Of a stretch of DNA of 64,000 nucleotides, positions 15,249 to 29,280 are shown piece by piece (position 1 is the first letter of the stretch; each line of letters begins with the position of its first letter). The translations under genes were made by a program, and so were the position numbers. Source of the DNA: Mytilus edulis (taxonomy: Eukaryota); contig NC_092354.1 in NCBI RefSeq assembly GCF_963676685.1, forward strand, positions 81,530,001 to 81,594,000. The letters are read 5' to 3'. The notes beneath the pieces were generated by a model. It made no database searches. It saw nothing but the letters and a program-made list of their open reading frames with translations, and had not been told where the DNA came from.

Positions 15249-15625
15249 TACGGAGCCCCGCTAGGGACATGCAAAGAAAAAAAAATATATTGTGCGCACA
15301 AAATAATATATTGTGCGCACAACTTAAATATATTGTGCGCACAACTTAGATATATTGTGCGCACAACTTAAATATATTGTGCGCACAAAATAATATCGTG
15401 TGCGCACAAAATAATATCTTGTGCGCACAACTTAAATATATTGTGCGCTCAATTTAAATATATTGTGCGCACAAAATAATATCGTGTGCGCACAAAATAA
15501 TATCTTGTGCACACAACATAATATATTGTGCGCTCAATTTAAATATATTGTGCGCACAACATAATATACTGTGCGCACAATATAATGTAATGTGCGCACG
15601 ACATAATATAATGTGCGCACAAAAT
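15249..15625 (+). repeat. Left TIR built from ~16 copies of a 21-22-bp unit containing the palindrome TGTGCGCACA
   Basis: About 40 bp of unique terminus, then tandem units; mirrors 36447-36843. Confidence 0.92.
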
Positions 15626-16782
15626 AAGTAGGAACAGATAACTGCATGTTGCTCCACACGTTTGAAGAATAAAGCTCAAGCTGACATTACCATGTGTTCA
15701 AGAAGACTAATTTGAAAGAGGTTTACAAAATGGTTTATGTATGTAAGGTAAGCTTCTTTTTTTATTCAAAACAATAAAAGGTATTCTATATAGTGGTTTT
15801 CGGAAATGGGAAAGGGTGGTGGTACTTTCTTTTTTGAAATGGCTATCTTATCGGGGCCTCTTATAGCTGACTATATGCGGTATGGGCTTTGCTCACTGTT
15901 GAAGGCCGTAAGGTGACCTATAGTTGTTAATGTCTGTGTCACAAATTTTTTTTGGTTAAATTATCGGTAATTTCTGTATTTTATAAGTATCCTAAAAAAT
16001 TATGCATTTTTTATTCAGAAATAACTCATATTTATCAAATGTTCATGAATAGAGGAAAATACGTCATTTTTTGCTGCATGTTTATTGAAATTAAAAAAAA
16101 ATCTCTATTTACAGTTTTATAAAATTGGGTCACATCATTTCCCTGCAAAATGAAACAAATTGCTGTTTTGAAAAATAGGGGTCCATGAACTCGTTTTCAA
16201 ATTAAATCAATTTGAATGATAAAAATCAGTCGAAAAATGCATCTTTTCCCGATAAGTCACAGTTTGACGTCGCGAAAATAACATTTTACGTTAGCAACGT
16301 CATTACCTTAAGACCCATGCTTATATAAGCACTAACTCATCATCACTCATAATTCATAAATATACTATCTACCCTTAATATTTTATATATGAATTGACAT
16401 TCTCAATAGCATCTTTATATATGATATGAAATTCATTCCCCAAATCAATATACAGTTATCAAACGTAAATGCATTTTTATATAGGATGTCATTAAAAAGG
16501 AGGGTCATTTTTATATAAAATCTCGCAAAATTATGACCCATATTTTTGGCACATCCCCGTATACCCAATAATAGGAAGTTGACCCCCCCCCCCCCGTGAT
16601 AAAAACACCCATTTCTTAATACATTTATTAACCAACTGAACAAAAGTGTATGTGTTTTTCTGTAATTGCCCTGTTTTTTCTGTTATGGCCCTGTATTAAT
16701 TAATGCCCAGTTTGTCTGTACTAAGCAGCCCAAATAGGGTTTTTAATAAACTGGCAGTAATTTTTGGCAATAATGTACTTAT

Positions 16783-17487
16783 AAAAAAGAAGATGTGGTA
16801 TGATTGCCAATGAGACAACTATCCACAAAAGACCAAAATGACACAAACATTAACAACTATAGGTCACCGTACGACCTTCAACAATGAGCAAAGCCCATAC
16901 TGCATAGTCAGCCGCGTATAAAAGGCCCCGATAAGACAATGTAAAACAATTGAAACGAGAAAACTAACGGCCTCATTTAAGAAAAAAATGAACGAAAAAC
17001 AAATATGTAACACATAAACAAACGACAACCACTGAATTACAGCAGGGGCGGATCCAGCCATTTTAAAAAGGGGAGTTCCTAACCCAGGACAAAGGGGGGG
17101 GGGTCCAATTACATGTCCCCATTCAAATGCATTGATCGTCCACAAAAAGGGGGGGTTCCAACCTGACTTGGGACAGGCACATACATAAATAATGTGGCGG
17201 GGTTAAACATGTTAGCGGGATCCCAACCCTCCCCCTAACCTGGATCAGTGGTATAACAGTACAACATAAGAACGAACTATAAAAATCAGTTGAAAAAGGC
17301 TGAACTCATCAGATAGACACAAAATACAAGTGGACGTGGCCGGGTATTTATACATCCCGACACAAAAAGACATTATGAACAGATCTGAGAGTATTCGCAG
17401 TTATCTGACAGCTAGTTCAAAGCCACTAACAACTTATAAAAAATCATGCCTCTAAGACTAAACATTGAATCCGTACACATCCAACAT
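16783..17487 (-). repeat. Dispersed retro-type 3'-tail repeat with a nested truncated CAGGGGCGGATCCAG MITE (17043-17160)
   Basis: The tail GAGTTGTCTCATTGGCAATCATACCACATCTTCTT recurs at ~28440-28690, 52780-53280, 55620-55850 and 59660-59860. Confidence 0.65.
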
Positions 17488-17514
17488 AGGCTACTCTTAG
17501 TTGGTTAATAAAAT

Positions 17515-17518
<4 letters not shown>

Positions 17519-17563
<45 letters not shown>
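17519..17563. repeat. (TA)n microsatellite
   Basis: Seen directly. Confidence 0.95.
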
Positions 17564-17566
<3 letters not shown>

Positions 17567-18183
17567 TACAGATCAATCTCTGTTTCTTTCAGTATAAATA
17601 ATATGGATACACAATTTTAATGTATTATATATATATAGAAAGATGGGTATATTTCACAGTGGTATATTTTAAATGGAGAAATGGCACATTCACACCCGGG
17701 GACATCTTACAAAAAAATATTGAAGTTACCACCGTGACGATAATCGTTCCTTTCCCCACCCATCTTTGGAACGCAATATAATCTGATCCCAAAGTCAAAG
17801 ATCGTACAACCGAACGAAGAAGGTGATTTATGTCACATCATGTGTATGTCTATAAACTAGGAGGCAGACTGAATTTGACCAATAGTTGAATTATTCTCCA
17901 TATTTTTGTACAAATTGGTATAATCTCAAAAACACCTTGGCTACCAAAATTTGATCTAAACTGAGCAGAAAATGTATGCATGGTCCGGCTTCACCCCTCA
18001 TTACTTAAACGCTTCAATTTGACCATCATCCAAGTATGGGTATGCTTACTTAGCAAAACATTGTATATAAATAAGTAGCATATATGACACCACTTACTGT
18101 ATCTGGTTAAAAAAGTAAAACAGTATAAAATTGATATTGAATCATTAAATGTGGCCTTTATTAATAATTAGTCTTTTATGATT

Positions 18184-18498
18184 TTTATGCCCCACCTACG
18201 ATAGTAGAGGGGCATTATGTTTTCTGGTCTGTGCGTCCGTTCGTCTGTCCGTCCGTTCGTTCGTCTGTTCGTTCGTCCGTTCGTCCGTCTGTCCCGCTTC
18301 AGGTTAAAGTTTTTGGTCGAGGTAGTTTTTGATGAAGTTGAAGTCCAATCGACTTCAAACTTGGTACACATGTTCCCTATGATATGATCTTTCTAATTTT
18401 AATGCCAAATTAGAGATTTTACCCCAAATTCACGGTCCACTGAACATAGAAAATGATAGTGCGAGTGGGGCATTCGTGTACTGAGGACACATTCTTGT
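18184..18498 (+). mobile_element. Helentron-associated non-autonomous element (HINE/DINE-1-like)
   Basis: T-rich start, subterminal IR ATGCCCCAC/GTGGGGCAT, (GTCC/GTTC)n microsatellite, 3' hairpin GTGTACTGAGGACAC. Confidence 0.75.
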
Positions 18499-18559
18499 TA
18501 ATTTTAGTTCATGTATACATGTATGTTGATGTTTATAGTATGATGTCGTTTATCACTAA

Positions 18560-18784
18560 GGGACGACATCAAAAGTTCAATGAAGGATAAAAAACTTAAT
18601 TCAAATAGTTTTTTTCGCTGACCCCCCTACCCCCCTATTAACTTAATTTGAGAAAAAATGATTGACCCATATGGATATGTAAAAATCAATATCGGATAAC
18701 CAAATCTTGCAGCAGTTCAACCCCCCACCCCCAAACTATTTGAATTAAGTTTTTAATCTTACATTGATCTTTTGATTTCGTCCC
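18560..18784. mobile_element. PIF/Harbinger-type MITE
   Basis: TIRs GGGACGACATCAAAAGTTCAATG / CATTGATCTTTTGATTTCGTCCC, with TAA on both sides. Confidence 0.75.
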
Positions 18785-19184
18785 TAAATGTGTACATGTT
18801 TTTGTTTAGGGGCCAGCCAAAGCATTGCCTTGCTGTGATGATGATCTGTTGGTGGCCTTCACCTGTTTTCTGCTCTCTGTTCGCATCAGGTTGCTGTCTC
18901 TTTGACAAATTTCCTTTTTTCATTCTCAATTTTATTTTACACATGTCATAAACTAAAATTAACATTATTCAGTAAATAAACATCTATGTATATTGTCAAA
19001 TTTAAAGCTATCCAGCATGTTCAGGAGTTGATGCAATAGACAGAACCTATTGTGTATCAAAAATTAGTAGCAAAACAGTATTGTAGCCCTCACAGTTTAA
19101 AAAAAAACATTTTTATTGCAAAATGAATGTATTTTGATAAGAATTAATTATTGATTGTATCTTTGATAGAAATTATAAAAAAAA

Positions 19185-22100
19185 ATGGTCTCCCTGATAG
19201 AATTTTTAAAAGAAAGAAACATTCCTGTAGACAAGGTAGAGGAAGATAAGGTAAGCATGAATTTGAATATATTACAATTTATAAGAAAAAGACTATGAAT
19301 ATGCATCTGAATGCCATGTTTTTAAAACCACCATCCATCAATCAAATGTCATGGTCAAAGTCGTACTAACAAAGGATAGACTGAAATTAGAAATAAAATG
19401 TTTTCAAACAGCTTTTTTTTTTAAAAGGCAACATATATTATTAAAATCTGCATACATAAAAAAAATTATACTTATGTCAAGCTGTTCTCCTCAAATCTAT
19501 GTTTAACCATATTTTTAGCTCACCTGGCCCAAAGGGCCAAGTGAGCTTTTTCCCATCACTTTGCGTCCGTCGTTGTCTGTCGTCGTCCGTCGTCTTTAAC
19601 TTTTACAAAAATCTTCTCCTCTGAAACTACTGGGCCAATTTAAATCAAACTTGGCCACAATCATCATTAGGGTATCTAGTTAAAAAATGTGTCAGGTGAC
19701 CCGGCCGACTGACAAGATGGCCACCATGGCTAGAAATAGAACATCGGGGGAAAATGCAGTTTTTAGCTTATAACTCAAAAACCAAAGCACTTTAATAGAG
19801 CAAATCTGTCAAGGGGTTAAATCGTTTGTCAAGTAAATACATATCCACTTAGTAATTTTCAGATGAATTGGACAACTGGTTGTTGGGTTGCTGCCCCCAA
19901 TTGGTAATTTTAAAGAAATTTTGCATTTTTTTGTTATTACCTTGAATACTATATAGTATAGATAGAGATAAACTGTAAACAGCAACAATGCTCAGCAAAG
20001 TAAGATCTACAAATAAGTCAACATGACCAAAATGGTCAGTTGACCCCTTAAGGAGTTACTGCCCTTTATAGTCAATTTTTAACAATTTTCATTAATTTGG
20101 TAAATTTTTACAAAATATTTTCCTCTGTAACTAATGGGACAAGTTTATTATAGATAGAGAAAATAGTAAGTAGCAAGAATGTTCAGTAAAGTAAAGATCT
20201 ACAAAAACATCACCATCACCAAAACACAATTTTGTCATGAATCCATCTGTGCCCTTTGTTGAATATGCACATAGACCAAGGTGAGCGACAAAGGCTCTTA
20301 AGAGCCTCTAGTTAATATTGTTGTTAATAGAAAGTGTAAATTGCAAGGTGAGCAATTTTAGGCTCTGTTGTATATTGACATACATCTGTTGTACAAACAA
20401 AATGATACAAGCTCTTATATCAACATTTGTCTCTTTGATATTTTCAGATTGATTGTCAAGTGATATTATTATTGTCTGATGATGAACTGACAAAGTACAT
20501 CCCTATCTATGGGGACAGGATAGCTGTGAAAGATTTTTGTAAGAACCAGGGTGGTACAGGTTCAAAGTCCAAAAAAAAGAAGACACTATTACAAAAGATA
20601 AGAAAAAGACTCCATCCATCATCAAAAAGAAACTTGTTTAAAACAAAAAAAAGATATAGATGAAAGCTCAAGTGATAGTGATGACAATCCTTCTACTTCC
20701 AAGAATATTGGAAATGATCATGCAGCAAAAAGTGAAAGGCGTATAGAACTTGGTTGGCTGATGAAAGAAGGGGATAGTATGAAACAAGTTCGCTGGCCAA
20801 CTGGAGGGGGGACGAGACATCTTATTGTTGATAAAGATACTCTAGTGAGTGCCATAAAAGAAACAGCTTTAAAACTTTACTTTCCAGAAGGAATATCACC
20901 CAGGGGTAAGATTGGAAATTTTGTGGTTGACATCATGGACTTTAAACGCCAGTCAGCTAATTTAGATTTGTCTGTAGAGAATATTTATGACCGAAGCAAA
21001 ATGAGGCTGTTAAGGTTTTATTTACTAACTGTACCTAAAGAAAGGGATAACACTGAACAAGAAAAGAATTCAACAACAAGGACCAAAGAAAATGAAGACC
21101 AAAAAAGTAGTTTCACAGCTGTTGAGGTTAGAAAACCATGAAAATAACAGTTCTCATAGTTCTTATAATGAGCATACCAGTTTGAACATGTGCAGTGATG
21201 ATGAAATTCAGTTTGGACCTGTATTGGCTGATATTGATGATATTTATGACTCAACAATTCCTTTGAATGATATCCACACTCAATCTGACAGTCAGCCAGA
21301 GAATAGTTATATAGCCAATGATCCTGGAATAATCACTAATAGTCTTGGAATAATCGCCGATGGTCCTGGATTAATAAATAATGAACAATTATTTCTTGAT
21401 CCATTCCATTCTGTGAAAATTAGGGTTCATAGAGGAAATTTAATGATAGAAATGATGAAAATATTTTCAGATCCAACAATAATGTATGCTACATTTTCTG
21501 ATGTCAGTATGATATTGCCAACTGGAAAAGCGGAAGAAGGGGTAGGGGAAGGAATTTTTAGAGATTGCCTTACTGAATTTTGGAATGAGTTTATGGACAA
21601 TTGTTGCATTGGAAATTCACAGAAAGTCCCTACAATAAGACACGATTTTCAAGAGGAGCAGTGGCTGTCCATTGGCAGAATTATATTTAAAGGATGGCAG
21701 ATAGCCAATTACTTGCCCATTGGACTTTCCATAATTGTTATGGAAAATGCAATGTATGGAAAGTTTAAGTCAGATTTAATGGAAAATTTTCTTTGTTTTA
21801 TCACTGAGGAAGACAAAACATTATTTTCCACTGCTTTAAAAGATTACGAGTCAGTTGATAATGATGAACTTATAGAAGCTTTAGAGAACCATAGCTGCAG
21901 GTCTGCAGTCACAAAAGAAAGCATTACACGTATTTTGCTAGAAATCGCACACAAGGAAATGGTTCAGGAGTGCAACTTTATAACTGATGCTTGGGCCAAG
22001 ATATTATCTCAACTCGGACAGTCTCTTTCTTATGAGAATTTGACAGAAATATACAGTAAAATGGAACCCAGCAATCGCAAAGTTACCAAAATGCTGCATT

Positions 22101-22405
22101 TTTCAGATAATTTGTCTAATTTGGAACGTGAAGTTATGAACCACCTTCAGCGGTATGTTAGAGAACTTGATAAAGTATTGTTGAAAAAATTTCTTAGATT
22201 TTGCACTGGATCTGATTTAATTTTGGATGGAAAGGATACAATCACTGTTGAATTTGTAGTTCTTGATGGTTTTGGGTGTCGACCAATAGCCCATACATGT
22301 GGTCGTGTTCTCAGAATACCAAGAAATTATGAAAATTTTACTATTTTCCGTAGCGAATTCAACAACATTTTAAATACTTCTGTATGGGTAATGGACATTG
22401 TATAA
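19185..22405 (+). CDS. HECT-domain E3 ubiquitin ligase (G2E3-like HECT) with a SAM-like N-terminus; two apparent frameshifts
   Basis: Exon 19185-19250 (MVSLIEFLKERNIPVDKVEEDK, then GTAAGC) splices in phase 0 to 20448 (TTTTCAG then IDCQVILLLSDDELTKYIPIYGDRIAV). Frames join via +1 shifts near 20645 (A8 run) and ~21090-21140. The C-terminus has HECT motifs GEGIFRDCLTEFW, FLRFCTGS and RPIAHTC (Cys codon 22298-22300). A possible non-coding first exon ends at 15747 (AAG/GTAAG). Confidence 0.82.
19512..20313 (+). mobile_element. HINE in the intron of the HECT gene
   Basis: TTTTTAGCTCACCT start, AGGTGAGC subterminal IR, terminal hairpin AGGCTCTTAAGAGCCT, (CGT)n tract. Confidence 0.78.
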
Positions 22406-23377
22406 TTGCATTGATTTACATCAAACCAGGTAAAATCAGCAGCAGGATTTTATCATTGATTGCCTTTGTATCAATATCATGTTCAGTATTTCCTGGGTTT
22501 TTTTCACATGACAATAAAAGAAACTAGCCTAAGAACCTACAAATTAGGCATGATAAAGCTTATGATGAATGGAAATAAGATATTGGTTTTGTTCATTTAA
22601 GTCCTTTTTTGTGAAATACACAACTTATTAGATATTAAGATTTAACATTTTTATTGAGATTTCAATTGTTTTTTATTAGTCATGTAAGTAGCTGAAATGC
22701 AACTGATTTTTTTAGTTCATACAGTTTTAATTTTGTTATAAAACTGTTTGTTGCTGAAGTGCAACTTCATTATTAGCTATACATAGTACCCTTAAATAAG
22801 GAAGTTGGATTAACTTGACTTTTGTATACTTTTTTTATATTTTATTTGAGAGATTTTTCACAATTTTTGATTTGTGTAGACCTTGTTCTCCTAAAATAAT
22901 TTGGACGTTGACCAGCAGTCATTTCTTCATGTGGTGAATTTAACAGCATGTTAAGCACTTGTGTATGTGTATGTTTTTATAAACATTGTATGATTATTGC
23001 ATTAATTAACATAATCACAAGTGGAAAAATCATTGAGTGGTCATGTTCAGTATTTTCAGTTTGTTTCATACTCAAACATACACTTTGTTGTTATTTCATG
23101 AATGTAAAATAAACAAACTAGAGCTTACAAGCAAGGTATGACAAAGAAGAGTATTTTTTTGGTGAAATACAGCTTAAGAGAAAGAAAAGATTTTACTGAT
23201 TAAAGAGTTTTGCATTGTTAATTTTTAATGAATGGTTGCTGAAATGCAACTTTTGTGATTGTTAATTTCAACATATTTGAATACTTTATTAAATTTGAAA
23301 TAAATAATTTCAGTAAGATATATGTATGGTTTTTTTTTAATAACTAGACAACAAACATGAAAGTGTGTTTTAGATTC

Positions 23378-23380
<3 letters not shown>

Positions 23381-23413
<33 letters not shown>

Positions 23414-23444
23414 TGTTGTCTTGTCTTGTCTTGTCTTGTCTTGT
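23381..23444. repeat. Compound (TA)n plus (CTTGT)n microsatellite
   Basis: Seen directly. Confidence 0.9.
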
Positions 23445-24210
23445 GAAATAAACATATTCAATGTGTACTATTTATATGGTGACACTTTTGATTTTCTCTG
23501 GCCATTTTCTGAATGTGAATACCCTGGTTGCAGAACCCTTGATTGCACTTGTATTTATACTTCTGTTACAGAAGCTTGTGTCTCCGGTAAATGTTGCCTT
23601 TTGCTTGACGCTGTTTGGGATCTAAGGTTACAAGTTCACTGAAAATAGGCAACAGGAGCTTAACTTACCTTATCCTAAACATGAAAGGACTTCGGTTACA
23701 ATAGTCAGGCCTTACTCAAATACAACAGAAATATTATAAAGCGGGAACATGGGTCGTAAGGGTAAACAAAAGTAAAAATTGAGAAAGGAAATGGTGAATG
23801 TGTCAAAGCGACAACAACCCGACCATAGAGCAGACAACAGCCGAAGCCCACCAATGAGTCTTCAATGTAGCGAGAATTCACGCACCTGTAGGTGTCATTC
23901 AGATGGCCCCTAAAAAATATGTATACTAGTACAGTGATAATGGACGTCATACTAAACTCCGAATTATACACAAGAAACTAAAATTAAAAATCATACAAGA
24001 CTAACAAAGGCCAGAGGCTCCTGACTTGGGACAGGCGCAAAATTGCGGCGGGGTTAAACATGTTTATTAGATCTCAACCCTCCCCTATACATCTAGCCAA
24101 TGTAGAAAAGTACATGGTTTGGTCAAACGGTGAAGACGAACCCTATGACGTTAAGCACGATATTGCGTCTCAAATGGTAACGTCAATTTCTTACGTTTTA
24201 CGGCGATTAA

Positions 24211-24796
24211 GGTGGTATGGGTGTCTTCGCCATCTTGGATTGTAAAAAACAGAGAATCTAAGGTCCGTATTTTCTATTAAGTTAGCAAAATTTGATGCGG
24301 GAATGCAGATATTTAATGTGAATTTTCATTTATAAGAACCAATTTATAAGAACATAACTTATAAATATTAATATTGTTACAAGTGTTGATTATTTTTTGT
24401 TGTTTTTAAATATTTTCAAATTGGCATTTTAAGGGGAGATAACTCCAAACAGTGCATTTTCTGAAGGACTATACATGGAATTTTCCTATTTTGTCTTTTA
24501 GCCGGAAAAAACGTACGGTGACCCTATCTTTTCTTTTGATATTCTCAAAGCATTGTCTGAAAGCTATCTTTTTCTAAAGTATATAACAATTCTATCATTT
24601 TGTTTAGTTTCTATTCACAAAATTGTGTTTTTTCCTAATCCATACAAAATCTGTCATTTTGTCACAACCTGTAGCTTGAGAAAATGCACGGTGACCTATC
24701 ATTTTTATAATATTTTTGAACATGTATCAATAGATACTTCATTTTGGCAAAGTTTGAACAAATTCTATCATTTTTATTTTAGACTCCCATACCACC
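24211..24796. mobile_element. Kolobok-type MITE
   Basis: TIRs GGTGGTATGGGTGTCT / AGACTCCCATACCACC, with TTAA on both sides. Confidence 0.8.
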
Positions 24797-26794
24797 TTAA
24801 TAATTATTTGGGATAAGTTTTTTTTATTTTGCTTGTAATTTTTGTTTTGCATATCAATATGGATACTTCTTAATGATTAGTTGTACTGAATATGCATGAA
24901 ATATTTCCCACTGAAAGTAACGTAAGCAACAAACAACAAAATATATCGTATTTGGGTAATGCATAAATCTATATGAAATGAGAAGATATATATACGGTAT
25001 GATGAGTGCCAATGAGACAACTCTCTACCAGAGACCAATTGACATAAAACTTAATAAAATGCAATGTTTCCCCATTTAGATCCGAAAAGGATATATATTT
25101 TGCTTTACTATAAAAAGTTTGTCGGGAATTACAAGTTTAACGGGTCTTGCTTATAAAATTCAATTTACTAATAACGGTACAATTAGATTAAAAAATTAAA
25201 CGATTGTCAGAAATAAAAGGTTATTTATAATTCATCTCATATACATGATTTACAAGCTTTGTATGATGTGGAGAGGTGTATATAGCCAATGGCCCGCTTT
25301 AGGCCCAATTTCATTTTTACTTTCAAGTTCTATACATATAAATCTTATTGCAGAGAAATTTTAAAAAAATCGAATTTTTACGCTTCCCAAATTTGAAAAT
25401 TTGAAAAAGAGGATTTTTTTATCCTCTCATGATACTAACTTTTTCACAACTTAAGAACCTCATCTAAACTAACAACCCCAGTCATCGAATTTTTTTTTAA
25501 TACTTTGTGGTCCTATTGATAGTATCTGACCATCAAGAAAATTCTGTCTCAGGAAATATACAGACGGCGATCCACCATAAATAGCGTACCCCAAATAGAC
25601 AATTAACGTTGAAAACGTATGAAAATCGTCCAGTGGACAAACTTGCAAGACATTTCATTTCTTTGAAAACGAAGTCGTTTTGACTACGCAAATTATTAAA
25701 AACTATGTAGCTGTTTTGCAAAGTTAAAGCACAATTACGAAAAAGCACTATGTAGCATGCAACTAATCTAATTTTTCAATGAATAGCGTCGCAAATGCCA
25801 ATTTATGTGTAAAAAGCGGCAAAATCCGACATTGGACATCTTGCAAGACATTTGCCAGAAGCCGTTGCATTTTTATATGAAGGGTGAGTGCTGCAAAACT
25901 TCGATTCTGATATGGTCTGTGTATGCACATTTGTTAGCATAATTTTCACAAACGAAATATCATATAATCTTATATTTTAAAACCTATAAATTTTGATAAC
26001 TTAACATTTTCCAAAATCTGACCATAATGACCACTATTTGTTTTTACCAAAAAAAAGCGTTGATCGTTACAGGAACGCATATTCAGTAATATTGTAATAC
26101 TTTATATATAAAGCATATCATTCATTTGAATTTTCGTGGATATAACACTATTTTGAAGAACACTAACACCCCTGCTAAAGTTATTATGCGTATAGTCTGT
26201 TACGTCTGACACGCACATTTTTGACGTTTTGTCAATATGTTGTCCTTATTTTAGAACATAGTAAAGTATGATAAAACAATTTGCACTTTTTTCCGAAATA
26301 GTATTTACCTGTCTAGTCTATGGATATAAGTTTTATATATCTTAACTGTTATGATTTTATAGAAAAGCTGTTTATTAGTGTGGACTTGTTGGATACACAG
26401 TATTGACGCAATAACGTGCGTTACGTCTATTTTATCATAATGACACTCCAGACAAATACAAGCAATAGTATGATAAAATAAAAGTAAAATTTAAGTTCTT
26501 TTACACGCATTTGCTAACAACAAGCGACGAACTTGACTACGTAGAAAATATTGTTCACTGAGTAGTCTGGACATACACCTATGTACGAATTAAAGTGACT
26601 ACTTGGAAACTATTTATGTTAATTTCTCTCTTTTTATAAGAAAAGGGATGACTATATTTGGTGTATGCATATCTAGCAAGATCCTTGTGTTAGACTGTTA
26701 TGTTTTCGTGATAATAGGCCCTCTATATTTGGTTGTATGGAATGATTTTACCCAAGGTTTCCAACTGGCAGGCATCTGACCTTGTTCTCATTAT

Positions 26795-27589
26795 CCCTTA
26801 TGAAAAGAGAAACATTGCTGCAAGAAGACCTGAAAGTTGTTCACCAGTGTTCGCCACTAGCAGCGACCTTCCGGCAAATATATGTAAAAGTTGCCGCAAT
26901 GTTGCCGCAAACTATTAACTTTCTTAAATTTGAAGGAACTTTGTAAACAAACTTTAAAGCAATCCTTCGCCGCATACTGAGCATGCTCCATGTACTAAAG
27001 TCAGACTTGCTGCTTCTTTGAATTTGAAATAGGAGGGAAGTTTTAATGTTGGTGTTTTCATGTAAAAAGTAAACGGATGTTATATATGATTGATTAGTTC
27101 CTGGAACAGGCCATTCATCATTGATCATCTCTTTGTAAGTTAATTTAGACAGTTTTTGCATAATAATAATTTTGGTCATAATAATTAATTAAATGTTGAT
27201 CCTTATGTGCATCATTTTGAATAAGAAGTGCAGTTTTGAAAAAGAATCAACAGAAAGGTGGTCATAAGGCATCATTATCATTTGTTTTGTCAGAAGTTCA
27301 CCGCAAACCGCTTGTTAAAGTTTGCCGGAGATTCACCACAAAAATTCCCAGAAGTTCGCCACAAACTTTATCAGGCTATAGATCAAAGTTTGCCGGAGGT
27401 TCACCACAAATAGTCGCCAGAAATTCATCACAAACTATGTAAGGCTATAAAACTTAGCGGCAGTTCTGCTGCAACCTTCGTTTGCATGGTAAAAAGTCGT
27501 GGTGAAGTTACGGCAAACTATTTGCAACAACCGTACCGCAGTGTTTGCGGCACCAACAGTTTGCCAGAAGGCTGATTTTTCGGTAAGGG
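26795..27589. mobile_element. CMC/EnSpm-type non-autonomous element
   Basis: CCCTTA...TAAGGG ends, AT 2-bp TSD, many subterminal TTGCCG/CGGCAA repeats. Confidence 0.65.
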
Positions 27590-29172
27590 ATCCTGGTTCA
27601 GTGGTCCTGCAAAGTTAACTTTTTGTGATTTATATGTAAAATATCTTATAAATAAAATTGAGAAAGGAAATGTGTCAAAGCGACAGCAACCCGACCATAG
27701 AGCAGACATCATAAGGTATAAAAATATAGCCACTCTTGTTTTTTCACTATATCTGTGTATGCTTATTGATAATATCTTAGACTAGGGAAAATGATTTCCA
27801 TTTTTTGCAATTGAATTTAAACTAGTTTTCAGTACTTTATTGGGTTTATTTATTACAAGTTCTGTGCCTTTTTTTCATTTCATAAATAAATCCGTTTTCA
27901 ACAAGTTATTCTTGTTTCGTGCTGATTCAGTTTTGTCACAGTTGTGTGGATGATTGCTCGTTCATAAACATGTTTAAACTGTGACATTTTATGTTTGCCT
28001 GCTTAAAGTCAGGATTCCGCAATTAAAGGCTTGCATCGATAAACGTCTGTCAAAATTGGTTTCGTTGATTTTTTCTTTTTATGGGATATGATGGATATGC
28101 AGTTAATTTGTCTCATTGATCGCGATCAATCGCACCAAAACTATTTGAATAAATGATGAACCAAAAGGGACCATATTTGGGGAAAAACGATTCATAATTG
28201 TATATTTTGATTCAAAATATACTACTGAGGTATACATTTTCATTGACTGTTCCTAAATTGCTTTGTTACAGTTTCAAAATGTATACTGACAACTTTTGTA
28301 CAAATTTATCGTAGATCGATAAAAAAAAATAGATACTTGTGACCTATTGTAATATCTGTCATATTAACCAGAATGAAACTTAAACATGACCTGAAACATT
28401 TCACACAATTCTTACAAAGTTTTCATCATAATTAGAATGCTGTTCAGGATCCTGTTGAGTGTCGTTTGTTGATGTGATCATAAGTGATCCTAGTTTTCTT
28501 TATAGATTAGACAGTTGATTTTCCTGTTTAAGTTGTCTTACACTAGTCATTTTGAGAACCTTTAAAGTTTGCTATTCGATGTGAGCCAACGCTTCGTGAT
28601 GAAGACCGTATCTAAACCTATAATTTTTAACTTTTAATAAATTGTGACATGGATGGAGAGTTGTCTGATTGGCACTCATATTTCATCTTCTGAATTATAT
28701 ATGTACTCAGTTTTACCTTGTTGTGAGCATTTTTGGTAAACTCCTTCGACTGATCACACAGTCACATTTCACTACTGATGAACAGTAAGTTTTGGGTCAA
28801 ACTCGTACTTTTACATGATCAAACATAAAAGTAATCTTTTGATATGTGAACTAAGTATTAATTCGATTTGGCTAACTTTATATATGTTACACTTTGCCGA
28901 TGACATCTTCAGAGAAACCACAGAATTTATTTCAGTTGAAGACTTTATAACCTGCGGGCTCATGGTTTCTTTTTCAAGAATCAACGCTTATCCATTGTAT
29001 CTATATCACATAAACTACTATGACTAAAAACATTTATTCTAAAAAGAGACGGACGGACCCAATACTTTTGAATATAATAACCATCTTAAATATATCGTCG
29101 ACGTGGCATAACAAAATTAATGTCGTAAATTGAGCAGCATGTCAGTCTTGTGTCAATCAACATTAACGAAAC

Positions 29173-29280
29173 TAGTCCGAGATTACTCTGACGTACAACG
29201 GCTGTTTTGCCAGACAAGATGGGGCCGTGGGACGGTCGTTTGGCAAAAAAACCGTTGGACGTCAGAGTAATCTCGGACTA
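29173..29280. mobile_element. 108-bp hairpin MITE with a 9-bp TSD
   Basis: TAGTCCGAGATTACTCTGACGT / ACGTCAGAGTAATCTCGGACTA; TAACGAAAC at 29164-29172 and 29281-29289. Confidence 0.88.

Noticed and set aside
15290-15625. CRISPR-like regular repeats (also 36447-36805)
   Set aside because: No unique spacers, no cas genes and a eukaryotic context; they are the transposon TIRs
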